NCBI RefSeq assembly: GCF_021028975.2
Contig: NC_059432.1
Coordinates: forward strand, 16,616,001-16,680,000
Direction of reading: 5' to 3'
DNA length: 64,000 bases
Origin: Sphaerodactylus townsendi
Taxonomy: Eukaryota
Below, one piece after another: positions 37,351-49,300 of this stretch (position 1 is its first letter; every line of letters begins with the position of its first letter). The notes beneath the pieces are model-generated. The model did not search any database. It was not told the DNA's origin and saw only the letters and a list, made by a program, of their open reading frames with translations. The translations under genes and the position numbers were made by a program.

Positions 37351-38066
37351 TAAACAAAAGCCAACTGGTTCAAAATGAATTAATCCATTTTCCTTCTGTA
37401 ATTTTCTTCAACCATTGGGAAGGAATGGTTCCTACTTGTCAGTCAATGGGGCTGGCTTCCTGCGGACCATATTTAGAAGCGCACAGTTTTGTGTTTGTAC
37501 ATAGCAATGTTTCCTGACAGGCCTGTTGTTCATGAGTTGTATGCAAATCTTCGGGTGTGTTGGCCACAGCTGTTAAATCTGCAGGATCATGAGCCAAAAT
37601 GACAGCTGGGCAGCAATATATTTATTTTTCTCCCTGGCTAGCTTGAACTCAAATAATGCTTAATCAAGACTTTTAAATTTGCAGCATTGATTGAAACGAC
37701 AAGTCAAGCCATCTAGTGCATGAGAATCAAGGCAGGCCTGTCCCAAGTGCTTACCCAGGGCATGATGGTTGCAGTAAAAACAGATTCATGTTACAAAGTG
37801 GAACAGAATCCTCCCTCATCTCAAACAAGTTTCTTTATTGATGTCTTGTGATCTGGACATTTTCTTTTCCTGATGTTTTTCGCTGAATTTTAGAGGGGTT
37901 TTCCCCTTGTAGGCATGCCCTGCATTTAGACTTATTTAATAAGCATGTTGCATTGGGCGGAATCATTGGGATGGCAATGGGGTTGCAAAGTGCAATCTCC
38001 ACAGGATCCTCTTTCAGTCCACGCTCTCCTTACACAGGTGTTTCTCACAACACCCACTCCTTAGTA

Positions 38067-38573
38067 CAGTGGTGGTGAACCTTTTCGAGACCGAGTGCCC
38101 AAATTGCAACCCAAAACCCACTTATTTATCACAAAGTGCCAACACAGCAATTTAACATGAATACTGAGGTTTTAGTTTAGAAAAAAAAAGTTGGCTCTGA
38201 GGCGTGCATTACTTGGGAGTAAGCTTGGTGATAGTCGGTGGTTTTGCTTTGAAGCAACCATGCAACTCTTCCAACGGGTGAATCACGACCCTAGGAGGGT
38301 TTGCTCTGAAGCAAGCCCCATTGCCAGCAACCAAGCTTACTCCCAGGTAAAGGATCATGCTTTAGTTCTTTGCATGAAAATCAGTGGGGTTTAACAGCAC
38401 TCAACAGGGTTACCTACACTGCTTCCCCAAAACTAGGACTTAGGTTTAATGCTAATAATCGAGCCCAGTGGCCCAGGCCAGCCTAGATGTGTGTGAGGGG
38501 CACTCTGCGCGTGCCCACAGAAAGGGCTCTGAGTGCCACCTCTGGCACCCGTGCCATAGGTTCGCCACCACTG
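38067..38573 (-). mobile_element. hAT (Charlie-like) non-autonomous element
   Basis: Reverse complement of 25536-26040; perfect TSD CCTTAGTA. Confidence 0.92.
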
Positions 38574-39363
38574 CCTTAGTACAATAGACTTCATACTAGA
38601 AAGCATCAAACTGTATTTTCCTTCCTCCGTGGAACTCCAAATAGTCTGCTTAGTTTTGGCTTCCTTGTTGTATCAGGATCTGTGGACGGTGTGAGACAGC
38701 ATGACTGGCCAACAAACATTCAGCAAGCTTAAACATTCAGCAGACTTCATGGTTGAGTTATGAGTTGAATACAGCCCTCCCTCACCTTAGTTGGATACAG
38801 TAAACTACATACCACACTGATTCTCAATTATCCTTTCCAAATAAATGTACTTAACATTGGACTTCTAGCAACTGCTTATCTTTCTATTAACTGCTAGATA
38901 GTGTTTGGAGAGTGGTATAAATCTTGCCCAAGATGGCAGAGGGGGTGGGGGGAAGCCAATTCTTGGAGCATTGAAAATCACTTTCTTCCACTGAAGTGCA
39001 TCATCTGTCTAATTCTAGAGTTTCTAAGCTTCCATTTGTCTTCCATGCCACTCCAGTATCTCTGTAGACCCACCCTTTGCCCTGGAGTCCATGAGTGCAT
39101 GATTGGGAGATTCACTATAAGATGAGCAATAACAGAAAGAGAAACGATTCTGTGTTTGGGCTGGTAATTGCTGGCATCACATTTGTACAATCTGATAAAT
39201 CAGCACAGCAGAATGGGAGATGTTCAGGTTTGGAATCAGCAACTGGATTTTTTTTTTTAAAAAAAAGCATTGCACAATGGATGAGTAAAAGCATTTGATG
39301 TTATCCAGTTAAGTACTATTACTTAGTCCGGTCCAAGTAATAGGATATCTTATTACCCTACTG

Positions 39364-39775
39364 AGGAGCCCCGTGGTGCAGAGTGGCAAGTCAAAGTCCT
39401 CATGACCTGGGTTCAGTCCCAATGCAACTCTGGCCCCTTCTGCACACGCAAAATAATGCGTTTTCAAACCACTTTCACAACTGTTTGCAAGTGGATTTTG
39501 CTATTCTGCACAGCTTCAAAGAGCACTGAAAGCAGTTTGAAAGTGCATTATTCTGCATATGCGGAATGAGCCTCAGTTTCTAACAGTTGACTCTAGGTTG
39601 ACACAGTCTTCCATCCTTCCAACGATGGTACAATGTACTCAGTTTGCTGGGGGTAGACGACAAGGGAAGGCAGTGGCAAACCACCTCATAAACAAAGTCT
39701 GCCTAGTAAACATTGCAATGTGACATCACCCCATGGGTCAGTAATTACCTGGTGATGGCACAGTGGCCTACCTAT
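39364..39775 (+). mobile_element. Sauria-type tRNA SINE with nested Harbinger-like MITE (39432-39572)
   Basis: Head GGAGCCCCGTGGTGCAGAGTGG; body GGTTGACACAGTCTTCCATCCTTCC and GGGAAGGCAGTGGCAAACCAC; the insert matches the 1442-1592 family. Confidence 0.7.
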
Positions 39776-41196
39776 ATCATCACCTGAATGGGTACTAGGA
39801 GAATTGGAAGCTGTGATTGGAAAATGTAGCAAAGAATATAGCAAAGACATGATATGAGGTGATAGAAAGTGTGTTGTGGTTTGGCTTTATGTGTACTGTG
39901 TGTTGATTATGGTCCTGTGTACAAATAGCATCCCAAACTGGAAAGTGACTATGTTATCTCCTCCCAATGAAAATACTCCCCCACCCTGTATACTTCCATC
40001 ATTGTGTACACTATAGATTGGATCGCATCTAAAATTTCTGTGAACTGAGGAGGGAATTTTCACTGATTCCCCCTTCCTACAGCTGACCTTCAACTCTTCC
40101 CAAGTGAGGCCTGGAGTTCCCCCTTCCCCTGGGAGCAGCATTTGGGGGAACATTTTCAACTGTCGTTGAGAAAGAGAAGTTATTCCCCATGGACAGAGGC
40201 CCTTTTCTTAGGCAGAGTCTAAGCACATGTCTTCATTAGCGATGAGAGGATGAAAAGGGGGCCCATAGCATGCTCCTGTTCTCTGAATTCGCATTAAGAG
40301 ACGAGAAACATAATGTCTGCACTAGGTCCACGGTCAGCTAAATTAGAAATCCTTTCAAGGGCATGCCTTTGTATGTGCATGTATGTCAACCATTTGTTTG
40401 CAAGGTAGGGTCAGTATTCCATGAATAGAAAGCATGCTGTGAAGGAAAATCTGCTCTTAGGAAACAGTTCTATTCAACTTCGGCAGAAAAAACATTGGTG
40501 TATATATTATACTTTTTGGTCTCTTGCTTGACTGCACATTCATCAGTCTTCTGAAATATCAGTCCCAGGAGCTGAGGCTGAAGTAAATGAGTGTGCCTTT
40601 ACACACTGTTTTCCACTGATCCTTGTTATCTGTTTAAATCCCTGTCTTCTCAAGTGAAATGTTGAATTATGAAGAAGGTTTTCAAATGATATGAAGCAGA
40701 AAGCAGATGGCTAGATAAGTAGAAGCTGGGCTTGGCTTGTAATTAAGGTGTTTGGAGATGCTTTGCTTCTGATATTGCATCGCCATGTATTTTACATCTT
40801 TCTTCTGACCCTGTCCAGATTGTCTGAACCCTCCATGAGAAAATGAGGTCTTGAGTATGCATATAATGTCTCACTGGAATGTCTCAGGGCTCAAAGAAAA
40901 TGAATTATAGTGTGTAGTTTATCTTTTAATCTCCAGTATAAAACATATTTTTTTTGAGGGGGGGGGGTGTCTCAGCCTGAATTTTCAGCTTGAAACCTAG
41001 AATTTCCTCCTGAACATGTGTACCAAATCTCATTCGAGTTGTTCAGTATTCAAAGGAGAGTCTTTCCTTCATCTCCTTCTCTGGGTTGGTAAGAAACATT
41101 GGCAGTTGAAGATTTAACAATGGAAAATAATTCCATCCCGAGCTAGCCACTGCTACCTTGTGAATTTTTTGTATTGCAGCTCTTTTCTTCCTAAGA

Positions 41197-41599
41197 TAAG
41201 GTGACCAGATGGTCACCTTGTGAACCCGGGACGGGGGTAGGCGGCTGTGCACGCGCAGCCGCAGGAGCACACTGCCTTCTGGGGCGCTGCCGTTTCCCGC
41301 CGAAATGGCAGCGCCCCAGAAGGCAGTGCTCCTGAGGCTGCATGCGCGTGCGGCTGCAGGAGCACACAGCCTTCTGGGGTGCTGCCGTTTCCCACCCTGT
41401 GACAGGGCGGGAAACAGCAGCGCCCCAGAAGGCCATGCTCCTGCGGCCGCACGCGGGAGGCTGCTGCACTGCCTTGCGCCCCAGAAGGCAGTGCGGCAGC
41501 CTCCCAAAAATCGGGACAATGGAAGGAACCCACGGGATGCGGGACAAATTGTGCGAAGGCGGGACTGTCCCGCCAAAAGCGGGACGGCTGGTCAGCCTA
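41197..41599. mobile_element. hAT (Blackjack-like) non-autonomous element with internal GC-rich repeats
   Basis: TIR TAAGGTGACCA / TGGTCAGCCTA; perfect TSD TCCTAAGA; repeated GCGCCCCAGAAGGC in both orientations. Confidence 0.85.
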
Positions 41600-42514
41600 T
41601 CCTAAGATTACACAATAACTGTAAGACCCTTCAGTATTTTGAGGAGAGTTGTGGGAGGGAGCCTTTTAAGGTTCTTTTGGAACAGGGCTGGCTGTTTTTG
41701 TTAATAAAACTGCTTTCCTACAAGTGACTTTTCTACCAGTGGAAAGAAGATGCATCCTGTATGGTGCTGTCTTCCCTCCCAAAGATGCAGATATTGTAAA
41801 TGCATCTTTTCCTGCCATGTGAAAAGAAGGCATTTTGGAAGAGTGGTTAAAAATACATATTTTTTTAAAAAAATCAGCCAGCCAGTAGATAGCTGCTTTT
41901 GGTTTGCCGTCATCACACACACACACACACAAAGAGAAAAGCATGCAACTGTGTGTCACAACTTTGGACCAGAGTTTAACAAAAGGCCTTGCCTTGCTTG
42001 GTCAACCTTTGCACTACACCACACATTTATGTGCCTCGCTTCTTTCTCCCCCTGTTGGGAATGGAGGGAGCCCCTCCTCACACTTCTGAGAATTAGATGA
42101 ATGCTGCTCCCTGCTATGCTGCTTTTGACCAAATTCATCCAGGATCATTCTTTGATTTATGGGGAGATCAGAAGCAGCTAAATTATAATCACAGTGTGGA
42201 ACTGACACTCTGATCCCCGAAAGAGAGGAAATGTTTTGTGACTGTGACAGAGGCGGTGGGCATGGCATATAATTTTGTCACGGGGAACAATAACTTCACC
42301 TAGTGAAATATTAAAATGAAATCGGGTTGAACGGACTGTGAAATGCCGAGGCAAATCTCAGATAATGGTAGCCGAACATCAGAACTCCTGATATTTGATA
42401 ACAATTTGTGTTATGTGGTTAGAATATTCCCCTCTCCCATTTTAATAGTACATGTGCTGTATTTTAGTATTATATGTGTAGTATGTAAATTAATTTTAGG
42501 GGTTCAGAAAGCAT

Positions 42515-43040
42515 GGCCCTTTCTGCACAGGCGGAATATGGCGCCCTGGGGACGGCAAAAATGCCGTCCCCAAGGAGTCGTTCGCACAGGAGGCGCAGCT
42601 GCTTCGCAGCCACGCCGCCCTCGCTCTGCCCGAGTGGTGTGAAGCCACCGTTTTCCAACCTCGCTTCACCAGCGAGGTTTATGAAAAATGGTGGCTTGGA
42701 TCCGCTGTCGTGCGAACGGCAACGGCTCCAAGGCACCTTCCCTCCCCCCCATGTCTGGGCGACCTACCTGCCCTGCGGCCCTCTGGCGCTTCACCGAGGG
42801 TTGGGGACATGCCCCCTCTGCCCTGCGACTCCGGAGCGGTTGCGCAGGGCAGGGGGCGTGTCCCCTGGCCTCGGCGACGTGCTGGAGGGCTGCAGGGCAG
42901 GTAGGTTGACCTAACGACGGCGCAGCTCTGCGCCGTAGTCCCGGGAGGTTCTGGGACCGTTCATGCGAACGGTCCCAGAGGGGTCGGGTCGGCATCATCT
43001 ACGCCGACCCGACCCCTTCCGTCGCCGTGTGGAAATGGCC
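42515..43040. mobile_element. CpG-rich PIF/Harbinger-like MITE with several internal hairpins
   Basis: TIR GGCCCTTTCTGCAC / GTGTGGAAATGGCC; 3-bp TSD CAT. Confidence 0.78.
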
Positions 43041-43746
43041 CATGAGTGGAAAATTGACTACTAAATGATGCTGATGGTTGAAGGGACAGCAATAGCTAAC
43101 CTGGAATGCTTGACCCAATAATGTTTCATTTGTAAGAGGCAGTCTTAACAGGGAAACACTTTCCCCATTTTTTTGGGGTTGTTTTTGTATGTATCGTATT
43201 GGATTATGCGCAGCTTTTAAGATATAACCTAACTTTAATATATAACTTAACTGATTCAGGTTTTCCACATTTAGATACTTTGATATTTCTCCTGGTGTAG
43301 GCCATCTTGTTTGTATCTTGTTTGGGTTGTCTCCACCATCAATCAAGGAGGCAGGAAATATATTTTGGTCACTTCCTGTAGGCTGGTCGTAGCCATCTTG
43401 CCCCAGTATCTTTCCTGCCTCGTCAGGGAGTGCAGCAAATTCAACAGGCTCTTTGCTTATTGATAGGCTTCGTGTCCTTTGGATCCCCCCCCCCAAAAAA
43501 AACTTCAATTCTTTCTATTTACCTCTGTAAGGGCTGAATCCAGTACTACTGTTGGTATTTAGGTTTGTCCTTTCTTCCTTCAAATAATAATGTCCCTGTT
43601 CCAAGGAACTTGTAATTTGGATTAGAGATGTGAAGGCCTGAAAAAAACCAGGATAAAACTGTTGTTGTTTCCTGCATTTTCCCCCGAGGTCTTTTTTCAG
43701 TTTTTCAAATGCTTTGAAAGACAACATAGGCATGCTATAGAGTCCC

Positions 43747-43810
43747 AGTGGTGGTGAACCTATGGCACTCCAGATGGTCATGGACTACAATTCCCATCAG
43801 CCCCTGCCAA
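43747..43810. mobile_element. Half copy of the palindromic hAT MITE
   Basis: CAGTGGTGGTGAACCTATGGCACTCCAGATG...CCCATCAGCCCCTGCC. Confidence 0.7.
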
Positions 43811-45403
43811 TTCCATAAATAAGTTAGATTGACTTAATTCAGCTGCCATGTTTGTTATGCTGGCATTGTGTGACTTCCATGTGCAGCGAGAGTTATTTGT
43901 ATATCTTGGTGAAATGGAAATATCATTTTGGATGCAGATTCCAACTACAGGATCCTAATTCTCAGCTTGGGAAAGACAGAGATTAGGCATGGTGCAAAAT
44001 GATGCATTCATCAACTCTGCTTATCTGATTGGGAGATTGACACTCTCTTTACTTTTGAAACTTGGATACAAAGTGTGGGTCTATAGCACTACAATAAAAT
44101 TCACATTCTTGCATTTCTCATTTTCATTATTAGGGTTTTTTACATGTGTACAGCTTGCAGGATGCTTTGAACATGGACCTCAGATTATTTTAACATCTTT
44201 AAATTGTGAAGATAGAGCTGCTATAATAGTACTGCAACTCCCCCTCCCCAATATCCTTGATTCAATACTTTGCTTTGATCTAGTTTATAGGAAATGATTT
44301 CACACTGAAATGATTCGGGCAACGGTCAACAGGCAAGGAATTGCCACTTGAAGGTATCTGTTCCTTTAGATTTGTTCCTGTTTTTCAGAGCATTAGCACA
44401 TTGTTGTGGACAAATAGACTATTAGCTGCTTATCTTATCCAAGGCTATGAATGCATCTGGGGTGCCTGTTGTCGCTAGGAAACTGCACTAGCCAATCAGC
44501 TGGTGAATCTTAGTGAAGTCCAGCTGGTGGGATTCAGAACATCTTGTCCTGAATGTTAAAAAGGGTACAGCCATGCTATGTAAGCAACATTTTGTGTTAA
44601 TTAAACCAGGGGCCCACTTATATTTCAGTAAACATGGAAGGATTGAGGGATTCTTTTCTCTGTAACTGTCTGGAAAAAAATGCTTATAAACCATGCTATG
44701 AAATCCTTGCATATTTATGCTACTGTTACAGTTGTCTGACTGCCCCTTTGGTGATTTCCATGTGGCAAGAGAGGAAGTATGCATTTTCCCATATTCTTCC
44801 AGTTGAGGCGCAACAGGGTTGATGCCACTGGCATCCATGGGCAGCAGGACAGCCTTGGTATCTGAATACATGAGAGTATTTCTGGTAGCTTAGCATTCTC
44901 GGCATGGTGGTAAATCCTGGGACTGTGCCCTCATCTCTTTTGCAGTTGTTCAGTGATCAAGGCAGCTTGAATGCCCCGCCCCTCATTAACACATGTTCTG
45001 CAGCCATCCTATGTGCATTTTGTATGCGTGTGAGGTCTGTGTCTACTGTAGACTGAACAGAGCCAAGGTTCATGACCGCAAATCCCACCATGAGCCAAGC
45101 TTGAACATTTGCAAAGCGCTTCAGCTGTGCTTGCTTGGGTCCTCCCATTATCCATCAGGACAATGAGACTGGGCCAAAGCTGAAGGACCTGGGGACTCTG
45201 TGTGCTCAAGTCCCGGAGCCAAGTGCAAAAGGAAATAGGGTGTGTAAAATCAACCACTATGGTTCTGAGGCAGAATGAAACCTCTGGATGTAAAGGATGG
45301 AAACCACCTTTTTTCCCATGGTTAGTACACAAATGAACACACAACGCATATGGCATTATGGTGCTTCTACTGAGTCCGATCCATTGTCCCACAATATCTA
45401 ATA

Positions 45404-45544
45404 CGTGGTGGCGAACCTTTGGCACTCCAGATGTTATGGGCTACAATTCCCATCATCCCCTGCCAGTATGGCCAATTGGGAATGTAGTCCATGATGGGAA
45501 TTGTAGTCCATAACATCTGGAATGCCAAAGGTTCACCACCGCTG
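45404..45544. mobile_element. Palindromic hAT MITE
   Basis: Same family as 20965-21100. Confidence 0.8.
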
Positions 45545-45849
45545 TCCTATCCCTTCAGTGGTTCCCAACCATTCTTATCTTCACGTCCCACCAGTCACTA
45601 AGAAACTGGGTCTAACCCTGATAGAAACAAAAATGGCCCATCATGACATGACTTGCCAAACCTGCTCACCTGCACCAAGTTGTCACTGTACTGTCTTCCT
45701 CTCCCAAATGAAACTTTTAAAGCAAACATCCCTGTGTGTAAGTTCTATAAAGATTATTATTTTTTGGCTCTTCAATAGAAGCCTACAGGGTAGAAGAGTT
45801 TTTTTATGACAAGCGATAGTGGACTCGTTGGTTATTTGCTGGTAGAGCA

Positions 45850-46216
45850 GACAGGAGAACACATGTGTGCTTTTATGCTGTGGGCCTGTGAGGCAGCAGC
45901 CCACCAGTATAAATGGTACCGGTGGAGTCCCAGGACTGTTCGCATGCTTCCAGGAGGGTGGCCCTGGAGCCACCATGGCCCTCAGAGGTGCCTTCGCATG
46001 GAGGCGCCTCTGTTTTGTTTGTAAACTTCCCTTCTCTAGACCTGTGTCTATGCTGAACTCGTGTTGATGTGTTTGGGCCTGTGCAGGGATGGGCGTAGGA
46101 AGGGGAATGTGAGGATGGGGTGTGAGGTCTGAAATAGTGTGCATCGGGGAATGCTTGTAAATTTCGTTGTGCAGGCACAATGACAATAAATGCTTCTTAT
46201 CTCATCTTATCTTATC
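45850..46216 (+). mobile_element. Probable Rex/Babar-type LINE 3' UTR
   Basis: Ends AATTTCGTTGTGCAGGCACAATGACAATAAA plus (CTTAT)n; 5' boundary uncertain. Confidence 0.45.
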
Positions 46217-46364
46217 TTCCCCCGAGGAGCTCTGCAGGGACAAGGGGACACACTCCTGTGGCCATGGCAATGCCTCGGGGGTCGGAGGGCAGGAGGCATG
46301 TCCCCTCGTTGCTGCAGGGCTGCATAGGGAAGAGAAGGAAAGTTTACAAGCAGAACGAAGGCAA

Positions 46365-49300
46365 CTGTTAATATGGCTTTGCACTATATCCTACAGCATC
46401 TTGAATAAGCTAGGGACCGCGTAAAGGGATCCTCTTTGTTGACTTTTAGTTCAGCATTCAATACTATCAGGCCGGACATTCTTCTTAACCAAACTAAATC
46501 AGCTAGCAGTACCTGAAGCATATTTTGTAGAGAAGTGGATCCTGACAAGCTTCCTAACAGATAGGAAACAGCAGGTGAAAGCTGGGAAAAGAGATTACAT
46601 CAGACACCTGTAAAATGAGGGTACTGGGGCCCCAAGGCTGTGTACTTTCACCTCACTTCTTCTCTTCTCTGTATACCAATGACTGCATCTCCAAGCGATC
46701 CATCTGTTAAAATACTGAAATTCTGAATTGATATTTAGCAAGTGATTGTGGTCTCCATATTATTATGCATTCCGAGAACAACGATGAGGAAACCGCATAC
46801 AGGCGGGAGGTTTGAACAACTAACCTCGATGGTGCCACTGGAACAATCTAGAACTAGAACACACTTAAAACCGTAGAAATGGTGGTAGATTTCAGGAGAA
46901 ACCGCTCCCATCCTACTCTCTCTCACAATACTTAGACAACCACAGTATCAATAGTAGAGAGACCTTTAAATTTCTAGGCTCCATCATATCTCATGACCTA
47001 AAATGGTCACCTAATATCAAAAATGTCATCAAAAAAGCACAACAAAGAATGTTCTTTCTGCGCCAACTCAGGAAGCTCAAACTGCCCAAGGAGCTGCTGA
47101 TACAGTTCTCTTGGAGGCTCGGGGCATCTTGGTGGGTGATTCTCCACCCCCAATTCAGGGAGGCAGGAAACAGAATTTCGTCACTTCCTGTCCAGGCTTG
47201 GCATCCATTTTAGCCAGTATTTCTTCTGCCCTGGACAGGAGTGCACGGGAATTCATGGTCACTGGTACCCACACTCCTGTCTATTGTCTTTTCCCTTCTT
47301 AACACCTCGTCTCCTGTCCAGTTTTGTCACTCTTGTTGTATCCCTTTTCTGTTACCTCCCTCCTCCGTTTGTCTAGTGTGACTAGTTTGGGGGTTAGGGC
47401 TAAGGATAGTTAGTACCTTCCCTCAGGGAATTCTTCCGCCAAAGAGAATATACCAAAATGGCCGGCCGGCTGACGATTTTCTCCTCGGCAGGATTCCACA
47501 GATCTACGCAGAGGCTACCAGAGCCTCCCTCCAAGCCCTCTAGTAAGAGCTACCAAAATTCTAAAGGGCCTGAGGAACCGATCCAGATCCTACTGCAGAG
47601 CCCCTCAGACAGAGTTCAGCCCAAACCCGTAGCTCTCTCGCTCTCTCAGCTACCTGGAGGCGGGCAACAGTCAGCCTGACAAGCGGCTGCAGATCGAGGA
47701 GCGCCGGTGCAGCTTCTGGCAGCCCCAGCTTAGCTAGCAGCGAGTTCTCGGCTCTGCCGATAGCTGTCAGGCGAAGCTGACAGGAAGCGGAGAGGGAACC
47801 CGCAGCCCAGCATTCAAGAAGCATAGCAACGATCCAAAGTCAAAGCGCAACAACGGGCGGGCTTGCACCCGCGATGCTTACTCCTGGTGCAGAACGTTGG
47901 CGCCAGCCTCAAAACCAAGCAGGCAAGAGAGACCGCCCTTGAGAAGGGAGGAGGAGCAGTTCAAGCTATATGGAGGGAGGGAGAGTGAGGCTGTTCAGCC
48001 ATTTAACTGGCAGTCATTGCTCCCAGCCGATTTTGCAGCGCTTTTTTAAATAGAGACCATCGAGGACAAGCTGCAAAATCTTCAGTACAGCCGGATTCTG
48101 AAGACCCCAGGGGAACCTGAGATGCGTGACCCAGCTTCCCAAAATGATTGACCCCATGGGCAGACTAGGGGCTACCCTAGGTCCCCATTAGATAGCTCAG
48201 GCACGCGTCCCTCCAGGGACCCTTTGCAGGAGGCAATTGCAGCCTTCAGTTCAGGGGCCTGACCCATGCCCCTACCCTCCCCTGTGCTGGGCACGCTAGG
48301 GGTTACCTAATTCTAAGAACCCCCAGTTCTTACCCAGGGGCTAGCTAGGGGTTGCACCTAGAATCTCCCATGGAAGATCCCCTGCAATTCCCTCAGGAAG
48401 AGAGAGGGCAGTGGTGATGAGGATGAAGGGACAGCACTCTCCAGTGGGCATTTTCTGACGGTCTGAGGAGGGTAGATGTGTGAGTTCTTCAGGAGACCCT
48501 CTACCAGGTGTTTTAAGGATGAAGAGCTGGCTCTCCTAATCACCCAAAACCATTTCTGCCCTGGAATTGCATTACAGAAGATGCCCAACTGCCCAGGAAG
48601 CCTCTTCATCACTTCCCCGATTAAAGGCTGTCCCAAGGGAAGCAAACAGTTCCTCCCTACCCGGAGGAAACTCCCCAAAATGGTCTTTCCGATCCCTGAA
48701 TTCTTTTCTTAAGAGAAAAATTAAAAGAGTAGGAAGCCCCAGCCTCCAAACAAACACTCCATTTCTAGCAGCCAAAAGCGATACTTGGTCCCAGAGATAA
48801 TGGATTCCATCCTAAAGAACTCCTCCTGTGGATGCCCCCCACGTTGTTTGCCACCCAATCTGGGGAGGACTTCTAGTTTAAAGAAAGGTGAGGGCAGCAT
48901 CAAGGATGCCCTTGATAAAAGAACCCGACACCATGCTCAGGAGATCTCCACGAGATCCCCTGGCTACCTCCATGAAGGCCATTGCCCCAGCATCTACTGT
49001 GGCCCAGGGCCCTTCTGGTTTTGGAGCCAACGTAGAGTCCCTCGATATTCTGCCCTAGAACTAGCGGCAGCTAGGAAGGGGGAAGGGGGGTTGATGCATT
49101 GATAGAATATGGCGCAGCATTCATTGCAGATGAAAGCTGCCAGCCGATGCGCTTGGTGTTATCGGTTTCGATCCATGGCCTCTTCCATAGGTAGCCCGGC
49201 GTAATGCCTGGATTTAAGAGCCTGGCGAAGCAGATACCCAATCTAGGAACATGATTGCCAGCTATGCCTCTTCAGGAGGTAATACCTTATTTGTGACGGG

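Noticed and set aside
37541-37548. Octamer motif ATGCAAAT
   Set aside because: A single 8-mer is expected by chance in 64 kb, and there is no proper adjacent SOX site or snRNA gene
41197-41599. Repeated GCGCCCCAGAAGGCAG units with variable spacers, superficially CRISPR-like (also 27520-27800)
   Set aside because: Units occur in both orientations, the spacers are related to each other, and the block is bounded by hAT TIRs and an 8-bp TSD in eukaryotic DNA
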